DNA from: Sporomusaceae bacterium
GTDB lineage: Bacteria; Bacillota; Negativicutes; Acidaminococcales; JAJUGR01
Reading direction: 5' to 3'
Length of the DNA stretch: 64,000 bases
Assembly: GCA_029265905.1 (NCBI GenBank)
Contig: JAJUGR010000008.1
Coordinates: forward strand, 12,194 to 76,193
Shown: positions 26,326 to 35,283 of the stretch, piece by piece
Position numbering within the stretch: the first letter of the stretch is position 1
Layout: each line of letters starts with the position of its first letter
Notes under the pieces: generated by a model
Told to the model about the DNA's origin: nothing
Database searches by the model: none
What the model saw: the letters and a program-made list of their open reading frames with translations, nothing else
Translations under genes and position numbers: made by a program

Positions 26326-26997
26326 ATGTACGAGTTTAAAGACGAAGGCGCATTGGTCGTGTTTAGCGGCGGTCAGGACAGCACGACCTGCTTGTTTTGG
26401 GCGCTGGAGACGTTCAAAACGGTAGAGGTTGTGACGTTTGACTACAACCAGCGCCATAAGGCGGAAATAGCCTGTGCGAAGAAAATCGCATCAGACCTGC
26501 AGGTGCCGCATGCGATTTTGGATATGTCGCTGTTGGGGCAATTGGCCCCGAATGCGCTCACCAGAAGCGACATCGAAGTGAAGGCCGGGGAGGACGGCGC
26601 CCTGCCGTCGACATTTGTTGATGGGCGCAACCTGCTCTTTTTGTCCTTTGCCGCCGTGCTGGCCAAACAAAAAGGGCTGCGCCACATTGTCACCGGCGTT
26701 TGCGAGACGGATTTTTCCGGTTATCCGGATTGCCGGGATGTTTTCATCAAGTCGCTGAATGTGACGCTGAATCTGGCGATGGACTACCAGTTCGTGCTGC
26801 ACACGCCGCTGATGTGGATCAACAAGGCCGAGACCTGGGGGCTGGCGGATCGCCTGGGCAAGCTGGAGTACGTGCGGCAAAACACGCTCACCTGCTACAA
26901 CGGCCTCATCGGGGACGGCTGCGGCACTTGCCCGGCCTGCCTGCTTAGAAAGCGCGGCCTGGAGCAGTATCTGGCTGGAAAGGGGATCGCGATATGA
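26326..26997 (+). CDS. queC: 7-cyano-7-deazaguanine synthase
   Basis: [13 protein letters not shown] (PP-loop) and the C-terminal Zn cluster CYNG...GCGTCPAC are QueC hallmarks. Confidence 0.93.
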   Translation: MYEFKDEGALVVFSGGQDSTTCLFWALETFKTVEVVTFDYNQRHKAEIACAKKIASDLQVPHAILDMSLLGQLAPNALTRSDIEVKAGEDGALPSTFVDGRNLLFLSFAAVLAKQKGLRHIVTGVCETDFSGYPDCRDVFIKSLNVTLNLAMDYQFVLHTPLMWINKAETWGLADRLGKLEYVRQNTLTCYNGLIGDGCGTCPACLLRKRGLEQYLAGKGIAI

Positions 26998-27389
26998 AAC
27001 CGCTAACTATCAAAATCACGAAGGCGTTTACGTTTGACGCCGCGCATTTTTTGCCGGAGCACGATGGGAAATGTTCCGCGATGCACGGCCACACCTACCG
27101 GCTGGAGGTCAGCGTGGCGCGCACCGACGGACAGCTGATCGCTGCGGGGCCGAGCGCGGGCATGGTCATCGACTTTTTCCACTTGAACCAACTGGTCAAG
27201 GAGGAAATTATCGACAAGGTTGACCATGCCATTTTGAACGACGTTTTTTCCTTCCGGACAACGTCGGAGAACCTGGCCTGCCACTTTTACCAGGTGCTGT
27301 CGCAAAAGCTTGGCGCGCAGGGGGTCAGGGTCGCTAAAATCAAGCTGTGGGAGACGCCGACTTCCTACGTGGAGGTTGGCGATGAATAG
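26994..27389 (+). CDS. queD: 6-carboxy-5,6,7,8-tetrahydropterin synthase
   Basis: 131 aa. FDAAHFLP...C..MHGHTY (Zn His triad and catalytic Cys) typical of QueD/PTPS. 4-nt overlap with queC. Confidence 0.9.
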   Translation: MKPLTIKITKAFTFDAAHFLPEHDGKCSAMHGHTYRLEVSVARTDGQLIAAGPSAGMVIDFFHLNQLVKEEIIDKVDHAILNDVFSFRTTSENLACHFYQVLSQKLGAQGVRVAKIKLWETPTSYVEVGDE

Positions 27390-27972
27390 TAAATATCCGG
27401 TCCTCGAGGTGTTCGACAGCGTTCAGGGCGAAGGGCTTCATGCGGGCCTCGGCGCGACGTTTATCCGCCTGGCGGGCTGCAACCTGCGCTGCACCTGGTG
27501 CGATACGGCTTATTCGGTCGCGGGCGATGGCGGCGAATCGCTGTCGGTCGAGGAACTGCTGGCCCGGCAGGCCTTCGCCCAGCCGATGGTCATCATCACC
27601 GGCGGCGAACCGACGCTGCACGACCTGGGGCCGCTGGTGCAGGCGCTCCACGCCCGCGGCAAGTACGTGTGCCTGGAGACGAACGGCACGAATCCGGTGC
27701 CGGAGGAATGGGGCATCGACTGGATCACCGTTTCACCCAAGCCGCAGAGCGGGTACGCCGTGCGCTGCCGGGCGAACGAGCTGAAGTACGTTGTTGACGA
27801 GGGCTTTTCGCTGGCGGTGGTTGACTTTGACAAGGCGCCCGGCCACATCATCCTGCAGGTGGAAAGCTGCCGGCCGGCGTCCGTGGCCAAGGCCTACGCG
27901 CTGGTCATGGAAAATCCGCAGCACAAGCTGCGCCTGGGCGTGCAGCTGCACAAGCTGATCGGCGTTGAATAA
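27382..27972 (+). CDS. queE: 7-carboxy-7-deazaguanine synthase (radical SAM)
   Basis: EVFDSVQGEG...GCNLRCTWCDT (CX3CX2C variant cluster motif of QueE). ATG at 27382 follows GGAGG and overlaps the queD end by 8 nt. Confidence 0.9.
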   Translation: MNSKYPVLEVFDSVQGEGLHAGLGATFIRLAGCNLRCTWCDTAYSVAGDGGESLSVEELLARQAFAQPMVIITGGEPTLHDLGPLVQALHARGKYVCLETNGTNPVPEEWGIDWITVSPKPQSGYAVRCRANELKYVVDEGFSLAVVDFDKAPGHIILQVESCRPASVAKAYALVMENPQHKLRLGVQLHKLIGVE

Positions 27973-27982
27973 GGGGCGGACT

Positions 27983-28705
27983 ATGGCAAAGCGCAAGGCC
28001 GCGCCAGCCGTGGCAACCGTGCAGTTTGAGGGGCTCGAACTGGAAGTGGTGCGCCGGGCGGTGAAAAACCTGCGCATCAGCGTTTATCCGCCCGACGGGC
28101 GCGTGCGGGTCGTCGTTCCGCTGCGGGCCGGCGAAGCCTTTTGGCAGGCGGCCGTCCGTTCGAAGCTGGAATGGATCCGTCAAAAGCAGCAGTTATTGGC
28201 GCACGGGCAAAGCGACGCGCACACGCCGCTTTATTGCTCCGGCGAGACGCACTTTTTTCTCGGCCATCCCTACTGCCTGCAGGTTCAAAACCACGCGGGC
28301 CCGGCGAAGGTCTGCATTCGCAACGAGCGGGTGCTTGACTTTTTTGTCCGGGAAGGCTGGGCCGACGCGCAGCGGGAAAAGGCTTTTTTGGGCTGGTACC
28401 GGGAGCAGCTGCGCGTCCTGGTGCCGCTCCTGTTAGACAAGTGGCAGCCGGTGCTCGGCGTTGCGGCCCGCGAGTGGGGGATCAAGCGCATGAAAACGCG
28501 CTGGGGCACGTGCAATGTCACGGCCCGGCGCATCTGGCTCAACCTGGAACTGGCGAAAAAACCGTTCGCCTGTCTGGAATATGTCGTCGTCCACGAGCTC
28601 GTTCACTTATTGGAGCGCTCGCACAACGCCCGCTTTTGGGGGCTGATGGACCGGTTTTTGCCCGACTGGCGGGAAAGCAAAGCGCAATTGAATAAAAGAA
28701 GTTAA
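27983..28705 (+). CDS. YgjP/DUF45-type (M48-like, SprT-like) zinc metallohydrolase
   Basis: 240 aa. RWGTC...the Zn motif VVHELVHLLERSHNARFW (HExxH) in the typical C-terminal position of the YgjP family. ATG at 27983 follows AAGGGG. Confidence 0.85.
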   Translation: MAKRKAAPAVATVQFEGLELEVVRRAVKNLRISVYPPDGRVRVVVPLRAGEAFWQAAVRSKLEWIRQKQQLLAHGQSDAHTPLYCSGETHFFLGHPYCLQVQNHAGPAKVCIRNERVLDFFVREGWADAQREKAFLGWYREQLRVLVPLLLDKWQPVLGVAAREWGIKRMKTRWGTCNVTARRIWLNLELAKKPFACLEYVVVHELVHLLERSHNARFWGLMDRFLPDWRESKAQLNKRS

Positions 28706-28720
28706 TTTGGAGGTGATGCG

Positions 28721-29572
28721 GTGAAAAAAAATGTTCTGACTGTGCTTGAGCAGGAAATGCCTAATTTGACCGCAGCGCAGCGGCAAATAGCAGATTACAT
28801 TTTAAAAAATGCGGTAGAAGTTTCTTTTCTTACCCTTGATCAGTTGTCAGGTCTTGTCGGAACAAGCACGACTACTGTGATGCGCCTCACCTTTAACCTT
28901 GGCTATAGCGGGTATGCGGAATTTCAGAAAGATTTGCAGGAATTGCTGCGTAACCGAGTGGCCCCAGGGACACGGCTTGAAGCAAATTTGAAAGCGTTGG
29001 AGCGGAAGAGTTTGCTGGTGAAGTGCGCCGAAAAACAGATTGAAAATATTCAAGAAACGTTGGACTACCTTTCAGATGAATCGGTTGCCCGCTCCGTTGA
29101 AATGATCATGCAAGCAAGAAAAATTTATGTTGTAGGGGTGAGAACGTCCTTTACGGCTGCCTATTACTTATATCAAGGCTTGACTCGCATCCTGGATAAT
29201 TGCGAACTGCTTGAAATCGACACGGGCGCACAAATTGATCGCATCTTAAATATAACGCCGCAGGACTTGGTGATTGCTTTCAGTTTTCCAAGGTATGCAC
29301 GCAGCATAGTTGAGCAGGTCAAACGGATAACAGAACAACGTGGGGCGAAAGTAATGCTAATTACGGATAGCTATTCCTGTCCGTTGGTGAACGTTGCGGA
29401 CGTAACGTTGCCTTGCGGCTGTGGCAGTTTGGCTTACCACAATTCCATGTCGGGCGCGATATTGGTTTCCGATTTTCTGATTACATCTATTACTGTGCAG
29501 GATCCTGTGAATACTAAAAAAAGATTGGAAGAATCGGAAGTGCTTTTAAAAAGCATGAATTACCACGTTTAG
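28721..29572 (+). CDS. RpiR/MurR-family transcriptional regulator (HTH + SIS domain)
   Basis: N-terminal HTH_6 (LTAAQRQIADYILKN...LTLDQLSGLVGTSTTTVMRL) and a C-terminal SIS fold (IYVVGVRTSFTAAYYL...). GTG start follows GGAGGTGA. First gene of the AT-richer block. Confidence 0.88.
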   Translation: MKKNVLTVLEQEMPNLTAAQRQIADYILKNAVEVSFLTLDQLSGLVGTSTTTVMRLTFNLGYSGYAEFQKDLQELLRNRVAPGTRLEANLKALERKSLLVKCAEKQIENIQETLDYLSDESVARSVEMIMQARKIYVVGVRTSFTAAYYLYQGLTRILDNCELLEIDTGAQIDRILNITPQDLVIAFSFPRYARSIVEQVKRITEQRGAKVMLITDSYSCPLVNVADVTLPCGCGSLAYHNSMSGAILVSDFLITSITVQDPVNTKKRLEESEVLLKSMNYHV

Positions 29573-29601
29573 TTACTGAACAACAATAGCTGGATAGTGT
29601 T

Positions 29602-29643
29602 AAGACACTCCTTGTCATTTGGCGAGGAGTGTCTTTTTTTTTT
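29602..29643 (+). terminator. rho-independent terminator after the RpiR-family gene
   Basis: AAGACACTCCT (29602-29612) pairs with AGGAGTGTCTT (29625-29635), followed by T9. Confidence 0.8.
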
Positions 29644-29655
29644 GCGCGATCGGGA

Positions 29656-29684
29656 TTGACTATTTAAAATAGTCGATATATACT
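29656..29684 (+). promoter_or_regulatory. sigma-A promoter with embedded 17-nt perfect palindrome (candidate operator)
   Basis: TTGACT (29656-29661), 17-nt spacer, TATACT (29679-29684). The palindrome GACTATTTaAAATAGTC (29658-29674) spans the -35 and spacer. Confidence 0.55.
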
Positions 29685-29932
29685 GAAGGTAGTAAATAAT
29701 ACGACTAAAAATAAAAAAGTAAGAAATAAAACTAACAAAGAAAAAGGGGTGCCAGTACCGTTTAGGATTAAGCAAGAACATCTGCAGGGATAAGGACATA
29801 AAAGAGTGGGTTTTGCCAAGCTTTTAGCCGGCTCGTGCGTATATTCTGCGGGTGATGATCATAAATAGAAAATGGTGTGTTGGATTTTAAAAGTCAAATT
29901 TAGTTGCGTTATTAATGAGAGGGGATTGAAAC

Positions 29933-30490
29933 ATGCGGGAACAAATATTGGCCTTACTACCGGAGATTAACTGGGTGAAAGATGAAAAAATTCGGGAGGC
30001 GGTTATCGCAACCCACATTGATGCTTTAACAGAAGGCGGGTGGAAGCCGGAAGACATGGACCGAATCCCTTTTGCGCTGGCGTTTCCAAATTGTCCTGCT
30101 TCCTATTTGCGCCATATTAAGGCGGTTACACATATGTGCCGCAGCATACTGGAAGAATACAATTCGATTTATCAAGGGCAAGGCGATTTTACCTTAGACC
30201 ATGATCGACTGATAGCCGGCGCTTTGCTGCATGACATCGGTAAACTGGTGGAATGGAAGGAAGGCGCTGATGGCAAGTTCGGCAAATCAGAGACCGGCAA
30301 ATTAATGCGGCATCCTTTGTCGGGGACGGTCATCGCGATGCGTAACGGCATCAGCTATGAAATTGGACACATTATTGCCTATCATGCCCATGAAGGGGAT
30401 GATGCCAAACGAAGCCCAGAGGCGGTGATTGTCAACAAGGTGGATATGATGAACTTTGACAGCATCCGTTCAACGCTGGGTTATTTGTAA
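29933..30490 (+). CDS. HD-domain metal-dependent phosphohydrolase (small, stand-alone)
   Basis: 185 aa. H...HD...H...H...D ligand series (HIKAVTH, LLHDIGK, MRHPLSG, AYHAHEGD, VNKVD). GAGAGGGG RBS. Confidence 0.8.
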   Translation: MREQILALLPEINWVKDEKIREAVIATHIDALTEGGWKPEDMDRIPFALAFPNCPASYLRHIKAVTHMCRSILEEYNSIYQGQGDFTLDHDRLIAGALLHDIGKLVEWKEGADGKFGKSETGKLMRHPLSGTVIAMRNGISYEIGHIIAYHAHEGDDAKRSPEAVIVNKVDMMNFDSIRSTLGYL

Positions 30491-30535
30491 GCTGATGTTT
30501 TCTGTAAGAGATAAGCGCGTAGTGGAGGTTTAACA

Positions 30536-31939
30536 ATGGACAGCCGAATCAAAAAGTCGCTAATCTGCATTGCGGTCGCTCTTGTTATTCTTGTTATTCC
30601 CCCGCCGGCAGGATTATCAGCAACAGCATGGCAAATTTTTGCTGTATATGTAGCGGCCATCCTAGGAATGATTTTGCGGCCTTTCCCAGAACCCGTTGTA
30701 CTGCTGGCGGCGGTGAGCGCGCTTAGCATTGCTTTGCGCAATCCGTCTGGTTTTTTAGTGGGGTATTCGACGCCGATTACGTGGCTGATTTTGTCGGCCT
30801 TTATGATCGGCACGGCTTTTGCGGAAACCGGTTTGGGACGTCGGATTGCTTTCCTGCTGATCAAAAAATTCGGCCATACCACCATGCGGCTGGGATATGT
30901 GGCCGCTTTCACCGATCTTGCCTTGAGTCCGGTTACGCCGGCCAATACGGCCCGGACAGGGGCCATTATTTGGCCTATCTTCCGGAGCATTGCGTCAACC
31001 CTTGGTTCAGAGCCAGGGCCTACTGCACGCCGCGCAGGTAGTTATTTTGCGCTCATTTTGTATCAGATCAGCCTCACTACCGGTACGTTATTTGTGACTG
31101 CTACAGCTCCCAACCTGCTCATGCTGTCTTTTTCCAAAAAAATACTGAATGTAGATGTTTCATGGCTCGAATGGGTTCAAGCGGCTATCGTGCCCGGTAT
31201 GATCATTCTGCTGCTCATACCGTTTGTGGTATACAAATTATATCCGCCTGAGATGAAAGAAATTGACAATATTGTTCTTGCGGATACGGAACTGGCCAAG
31301 CTGGGGCCGATGACGAAAAAAGAAAAGATCTTGGCTGTGTTGTTCACTGTGGCGATCATCGGGTGGTTAACAGGAAGCATCACCAAAATCGATGCGTCAT
31401 CCATCGCGGTCGGGTTTGTTGCCTGCAGTTTGATTACGGGTATCCTTTCTTGGGATCACTGTTTGAACGCTAAAGGCGGCTGGAGTACTTTCATGTGGTA
31501 TGGGGGTATTATCGGCATTGCGGATGCCTTATCAAAGGCAAAATTCTTTGAATGGTTAGCCCAATTGTTTATGCAAAACCTCAATTTCCAAGGTTATAAC
31601 CAGGTTCTTGTTATGGCAGGTCTAGTTTTCTTCAGCATTATCATCCGCTATCTGTTTGCCTCGCAAGGCGCTTTTGTGGTGACAATGACACCTGTGTTGC
31701 TGACGCTGGCATCGGTGGCTAATGTGCCGGCATTGCCGATTACATTGCTGCTCTGCTATGCCGCGGCTTATGCTTCTATGTTGACTCACTATGGTGGTGC
31801 TTTGGGCCCGATACTGTTTGGGCCTGGCTATGTGTCACAAAAGCAATGGTGGACGATTGGTGCGGTGGTTGTAGCGCTGAGCTTTATTGTTGATTTCACA
31901 ATTGGCCTTTCGTATTGGAAATTGATTGGCCTGTGGTAA
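30536..31939 (+). CDS. DASS-family (divalent anion:Na+ symporter/anion permease) transporter, copy 1
   Basis: 467 aa with ~12-14 TM. Two hairpin-type motifs (SPVTPANTARTGAI and a C-terminal counterpart, THYGGALGPI) as in CitT/SdcS/TtdT-like permeases. Confidence 0.82.
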   Translation: MDSRIKKSLICIAVALVILVIPPPAGLSATAWQIFAVYVAAILGMILRPFPEPVVLLAAVSALSIALRNPSGFLVGYSTPITWLILSAFMIGTAFAETGLGRRIAFLLIKKFGHTTMRLGYVAAFTDLALSPVTPANTARTGAIIWPIFRSIASTLGSEPGPTARRAGSYFALILYQISLTTGTLFVTATAPNLLMLSFSKKILNVDVSWLEWVQAAIVPGMIILLLIPFVVYKLYPPEMKEIDNIVLADTELAKLGPMTKKEKILAVLFTVAIIGWLTGSITKIDASSIAVGFVACSLITGILSWDHCLNAKGGWSTFMWYGGIIGIADALSKAKFFEWLAQLFMQNLNFQGYNQVLVMAGLVFFSIIIRYLFASQGAFVVTMTPVLLTLASVANVPALPITLLLCYAAAYASMLTHYGGALGPILFGPGYVSQKQWWTIGAVVVALSFIVDFTIGLSYWKLIGLW

Positions 31940-31982
31940 GTAGAGAACTATAAAACTATAAAAAATCGATGGGGGGTAAAAC

Positions 31983-33440
31983 ATGTCATCTATTGTGCAA
32001 ACCCAAACTGGTCTTGATTACTGGCGCAGGCAAATCGGCTTCCCTTTGATGATTCTCCTCTTTTCAGCGGTTTTATTAATGCCTACTCCGGAAGGTTTGA
32101 CGCTGGAAGGACAGCGCGCATTAGCGATTTTGGCTGGATTGATGACCTTGTATTTAACCGAACCGGTTGAGTTGACCGTGGCTAGTCTGCTAGTTATCCC
32201 GGCGGCGGTATTTCTGAAGTTGGCAAATATCAATCAGGTGTTGCAAGATTTTGCCACCTCGCCAATTTTTCTATTGGTAGGTGCTACTATGATGGCAGCG
32301 GCCATGGAAAAAACTCGATTGGCTGAACGGTTCACCTATTGGCTGTTGTCGAAAATCGGTTGCTCGGCTCGCAACATTACTTTGGGCGTGACCTTGGCCA
32401 ATATCGCGCTGGCTTTTATGGTTCCATCCACTACGGCCCGAACGGCAATTTTACTGCCTATTTGCCTGGCGGTAATTGCGTTGTACAAGCAGGCTAATCA
32501 GGGTGATGAGGAAGGCGGACGTTCGAATTTTGCGATTGGTTTGCTGCTGACGTTGGCATTCACTAATTCTACAATTTGTGCAGGGATTCTTACTGCGACC
32601 GTGCCCAATCCGATCACTGTTGACTTTGTCTTAAAGGCTAGCGGCGTAACGATTACGTATATGGATTGGTTGATGTACGGTTTTCCTCCGGCGTTAGTAT
32701 GCACTTTCATCACGTGGTGGTATTTGCGAGTCGCATTTAAACCGGAGCATGAAACGATTCCCGGTGGTGAGGAGCATATTGTGGAAAAACTCCAGGCCAT
32801 GGGCAAAATGAGTTCTGCGGAGTGGCGCACTTTGGCGGTGTTTATTTTCGTCGTTGGTTTGTGGGCCACTGGTGGCATAACGAAGATTGACACGACAGTG
32901 GCTTGCTACATTGGTGTATGCCTGCTGTTCATGCCTAAATTCGGTGTAATTACCTGGAAAGACACGAATCGCGATTCAGCATATCATATCTTGATGATGA
33001 GCGGTGGGGCCTTAGCCATGGGGCACTTCTTGATGAAAACTGGCGCTGCAAAATGGCTAGCTTTCAGAGTTTTTAATGCGCTAGGTTTAGTCGGCGCATC
33101 GTCTTTGGTGGTTATCCTGGTTGTTATGTTTATTGTTCAGTTTGCCCGTTTCGGCTTTTTTGGCACCACGGGGCTTGCGGTCTTGTTCATGCCGATTATC
33201 GTTTCTCTGGCGGCTGAGGCAGGTCTACCGGCTGCGGCGCTGGCGATGCCGATGGGAATGCTGATCGGCGGGTTTCCTTTTCTCATGTTTTACAACACCT
33301 TGTCCAACATTCTGATTTTGGGTACGGGCATGGTGTCAGTAGGTGATTTCCCCAAAACAGGCTTTATCCTTTGTTTGATGGGAATAGGCGTTTATACAAC
33401 TTTCGCTGTCACTTATTGGCGCTGGCTGGGGTTGTTCTAA
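31983..33440 (+). CDS. DASS-family transporter, copy 2 (divergent paralogue)
   Basis: 485 aa with the same topology. The MVPSTTARTAILLPI hairpin motif is typical of DASS/SLC13-like carriers. Only distantly similar to copy 1. Confidence 0.82.
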   Translation: MSSIVQTQTGLDYWRRQIGFPLMILLFSAVLLMPTPEGLTLEGQRALAILAGLMTLYLTEPVELTVASLLVIPAAVFLKLANINQVLQDFATSPIFLLVGATMMAAAMEKTRLAERFTYWLLSKIGCSARNITLGVTLANIALAFMVPSTTARTAILLPICLAVIALYKQANQGDEEGGRSNFAIGLLLTLAFTNSTICAGILTATVPNPITVDFVLKASGVTITYMDWLMYGFPPALVCTFITWWYLRVAFKPEHETIPGGEEHIVEKLQAMGKMSSAEWRTLAVFIFVVGLWATGGITKIDTTVACYIGVCLLFMPKFGVITWKDTNRDSAYHILMMSGGALAMGHFLMKTGAAKWLAFRVFNALGLVGASSLVVILVVMFIVQFARFGFFGTTGLAVLFMPIIVSLAAEAGLPAAALAMPMGMLIGGFPFLMFYNTLSNILILGTGMVSVGDFPKTGFILCLMGIGVYTTFAVTYWRWLGLF

Positions 33441-33485
33441 TTAGTGGTAAATCAAAAAATTGATTTCAAGAAAGAGGGGTAATGC

Positions 33486-34466
33486 ATGGAGGTAATCGCA
33501 TTAACAGGAACTTATGATCCGGAGATTAAAGCAATGATCGCCGAGATGGTGCCGGAAGGATTCAAACTAAAAATTGTTTCCAGTTTTGAGGAATATGACC
33601 AATTGCAAGAGGCGAACTACATCATATTGCGCATTTTAGGTTTGAATGAACAGCACATCAACTCATTGCCCAATTTGAAGTTAATCCAACGTTGGGGCGT
33701 TGGCTATGAAAAGGTGGACGTAAAGGCGGCAACTAAAAATAATGTGGCCGTGGCCGTCACCTCCGGCATGAACGCTACGTCTGTGTCGGAAATGGCGACA
33801 CTGTTGATGTTATCTGTGTATCGTCATGTACTCAAGTTGCATGACAATGTAGTGAACGGTAAATGGCAAGAGGGTGGTTTCGGCAGCTTTTCTTATACGC
33901 TTGATAACAAGAAGGTTGGTTTGGTTGGGTTAGGTGCCATTGGTAAATTAGTGGCAAAAAAGGTGCAGGCTTTTGGAGCAGAGGTTCAATACTATGATTT
34001 GTTCCGATTATCTGAAGCAGATGAAGCAAAGTTAGGGTTGAAATACGTAGAACTGAATGAATTGTTTAAAACCTCTGATGTCATCAGCTTGCACGTACCT
34101 GCAAACGACAGTACCAAACATTTGGTTCGAAAAGAGACAATCGAGTTGATGAAGCCAACTGCCATTATTATTAATACTGCAAGAGGACAAGTGATCAAAG
34201 AGGATGATTTAGTAGAAGCCCTGAAGACTAAACGGATTTTGGGCGCTGGATTGGATTGTTTGGAGATAGAACCACCAGCCAAGGATAATCCGATCTTGAC
34301 TTTGGAAAATGTTGTACTTACGCCCCATATGGGTGGCAGCACATCGGACATCAATTTAGCTATGGCCAAACGGTGTATAGAAAACATTGTTAAAATCAGC
34401 AAAGGACAGGATTTGTTAAAGACAGACCTGGTTAATCCAGAGTGTTTTCCGATAAGAAAAGCATAA
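33486..34466 (+). CDS. D-isomer-specific 2-hydroxyacid dehydrogenase
   Basis: 326 aa. Rossmann motif GLVGLGAIGKLVAKK, followed by the catalytic R...E...H series (INTARGQ, LDCLE, TPHMGG), as in the PGDH/GyaR family. Confidence 0.9.
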   Translation: MEVIALTGTYDPEIKAMIAEMVPEGFKLKIVSSFEEYDQLQEANYIILRILGLNEQHINSLPNLKLIQRWGVGYEKVDVKAATKNNVAVAVTSGMNATSVSEMATLLMLSVYRHVLKLHDNVVNGKWQEGGFGSFSYTLDNKKVGLVGLGAIGKLVAKKVQAFGAEVQYYDLFRLSEADEAKLGLKYVELNELFKTSDVISLHVPANDSTKHLVRKETIELMKPTAIIINTARGQVIKEDDLVEALKTKRILGAGLDCLEIEPPAKDNPILTLENVVLTPHMGGSTSDINLAMAKRCIENIVKISKGQDLLKTDLVNPECFPIRKA

Positions 34467-34515
34467 TGGGTACTCGGTTTGCTTTTACAATAAAAAATTG
34501 AAAAGAGGGATTTAG

Positions 34516-35211
34516 ATGTCAAATGTAGGTTGTCGAGTGTTTTTGAAGGTGAACCGTCCTAGCAAAGAATTAGTTGAGGGCTTTAAAGGGCTGCCTGTGG
34601 CCAATATTGCAGATGAAATGAACCGTTTTTATTGCGTAGATGCAAGAATTAAACCCTATAACGACAAACCGTTGTTGGGCACGGCGTTTACTGTAAAAGT
34701 ACGGGTTGCAGACAATTTATTTCTTCATAAAGCGTTGGAATTGGCGCAACCAGGAGATGTGCTTATCGTTGATGCACAAGGGGATGTAGCAAATGCCATC
34801 ACTGGGGAGATTATGATGACCCAGGCGGCGGTCAATGGTTTGGCTGGCGTGGTAATCGACGGCGCAATCCGAGACGCTGAAGCAATGAAGGACCTTGATA
34901 TGTCAATTTACGCTGCAGGGGTTCAGCCGAAGGGACCTTATAAAGACGGTCCGGGTGAGATCAATGTCCCTGTCTGCTGCGGGGGTGTAGTCGTAAATCC
35001 AGGCGACATTGTGGTTGGGGACAAAGATGGAATTGTCATTATTAACCCTAAGGACGCGCCAATTGTTTTGGAGAAAGCTAAAGTAAAACTTGCCACAGAA
35101 ACAAAAGCCCTTGAAGTTATCAGATCAGGCGAAAAGCGGGAGAAGCCGTGGCTTGAAAAAGGACTGAAAGCAGTCAACTGTGAAATCATTGACGGATTCT
35201 ACAACGAATAG
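34516..35211 (+). CDS. RraA-like protein (class II 4-hydroxy-2-oxoacid aldolase / oxaloacetate decarboxylase family)
   Basis: 231 aa. GDVLIVDAQGD...AITGEIMMTQAAVNGLAGVVIDGAIRD is the conserved RraA/HMG-CHA aldolase core. Confidence 0.85.
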   Translation: MSNVGCRVFLKVNRPSKELVEGFKGLPVANIADEMNRFYCVDARIKPYNDKPLLGTAFTVKVRVADNLFLHKALELAQPGDVLIVDAQGDVANAITGEIMMTQAAVNGLAGVVIDGAIRDAEAMKDLDMSIYAAGVQPKGPYKDGPGEINVPVCCGGVVVNPGDIVVGDKDGIVIINPKDAPIVLEKAKVKLATETKALEVIRSGEKREKPWLEKGLKAVNCEIIDGFYNE

Positions 35212-35220
35212 TCACTTGGG

Positions 35221-35276
35221 CAACAAAAACGACTGTGTGCGCCGCCTAACGGCAGCGTACACAGTCGTTTTTGTTG
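35221..35276. terminator. bidirectional terminator with 18-bp outer stem closing the AT-rich block
   Basis: CAACAAAAACGACTGTGT (35221-35238) pairs with ACACAGTCGTTTTTGTTG (35259-35276), with an inner GCCG/CGGC helix. It lies between the RraA-like gene and the convergent cyclophilin gene. Confidence 0.8.
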
Positions 35277-35283
35277 TTGCAGT

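Noticed and set aside
29569-29799. 76-aa minus-strand ORF in the AT-rich intergenic region after the RpiR-family gene.
   Set aside because: It overlaps the plus-strand terminator and the promoter/palindrome, has no RBS, and its translation is a low-complexity Phe/Ile/Tyr/Ser/Lys string typical of AT-rich non-coding DNA.
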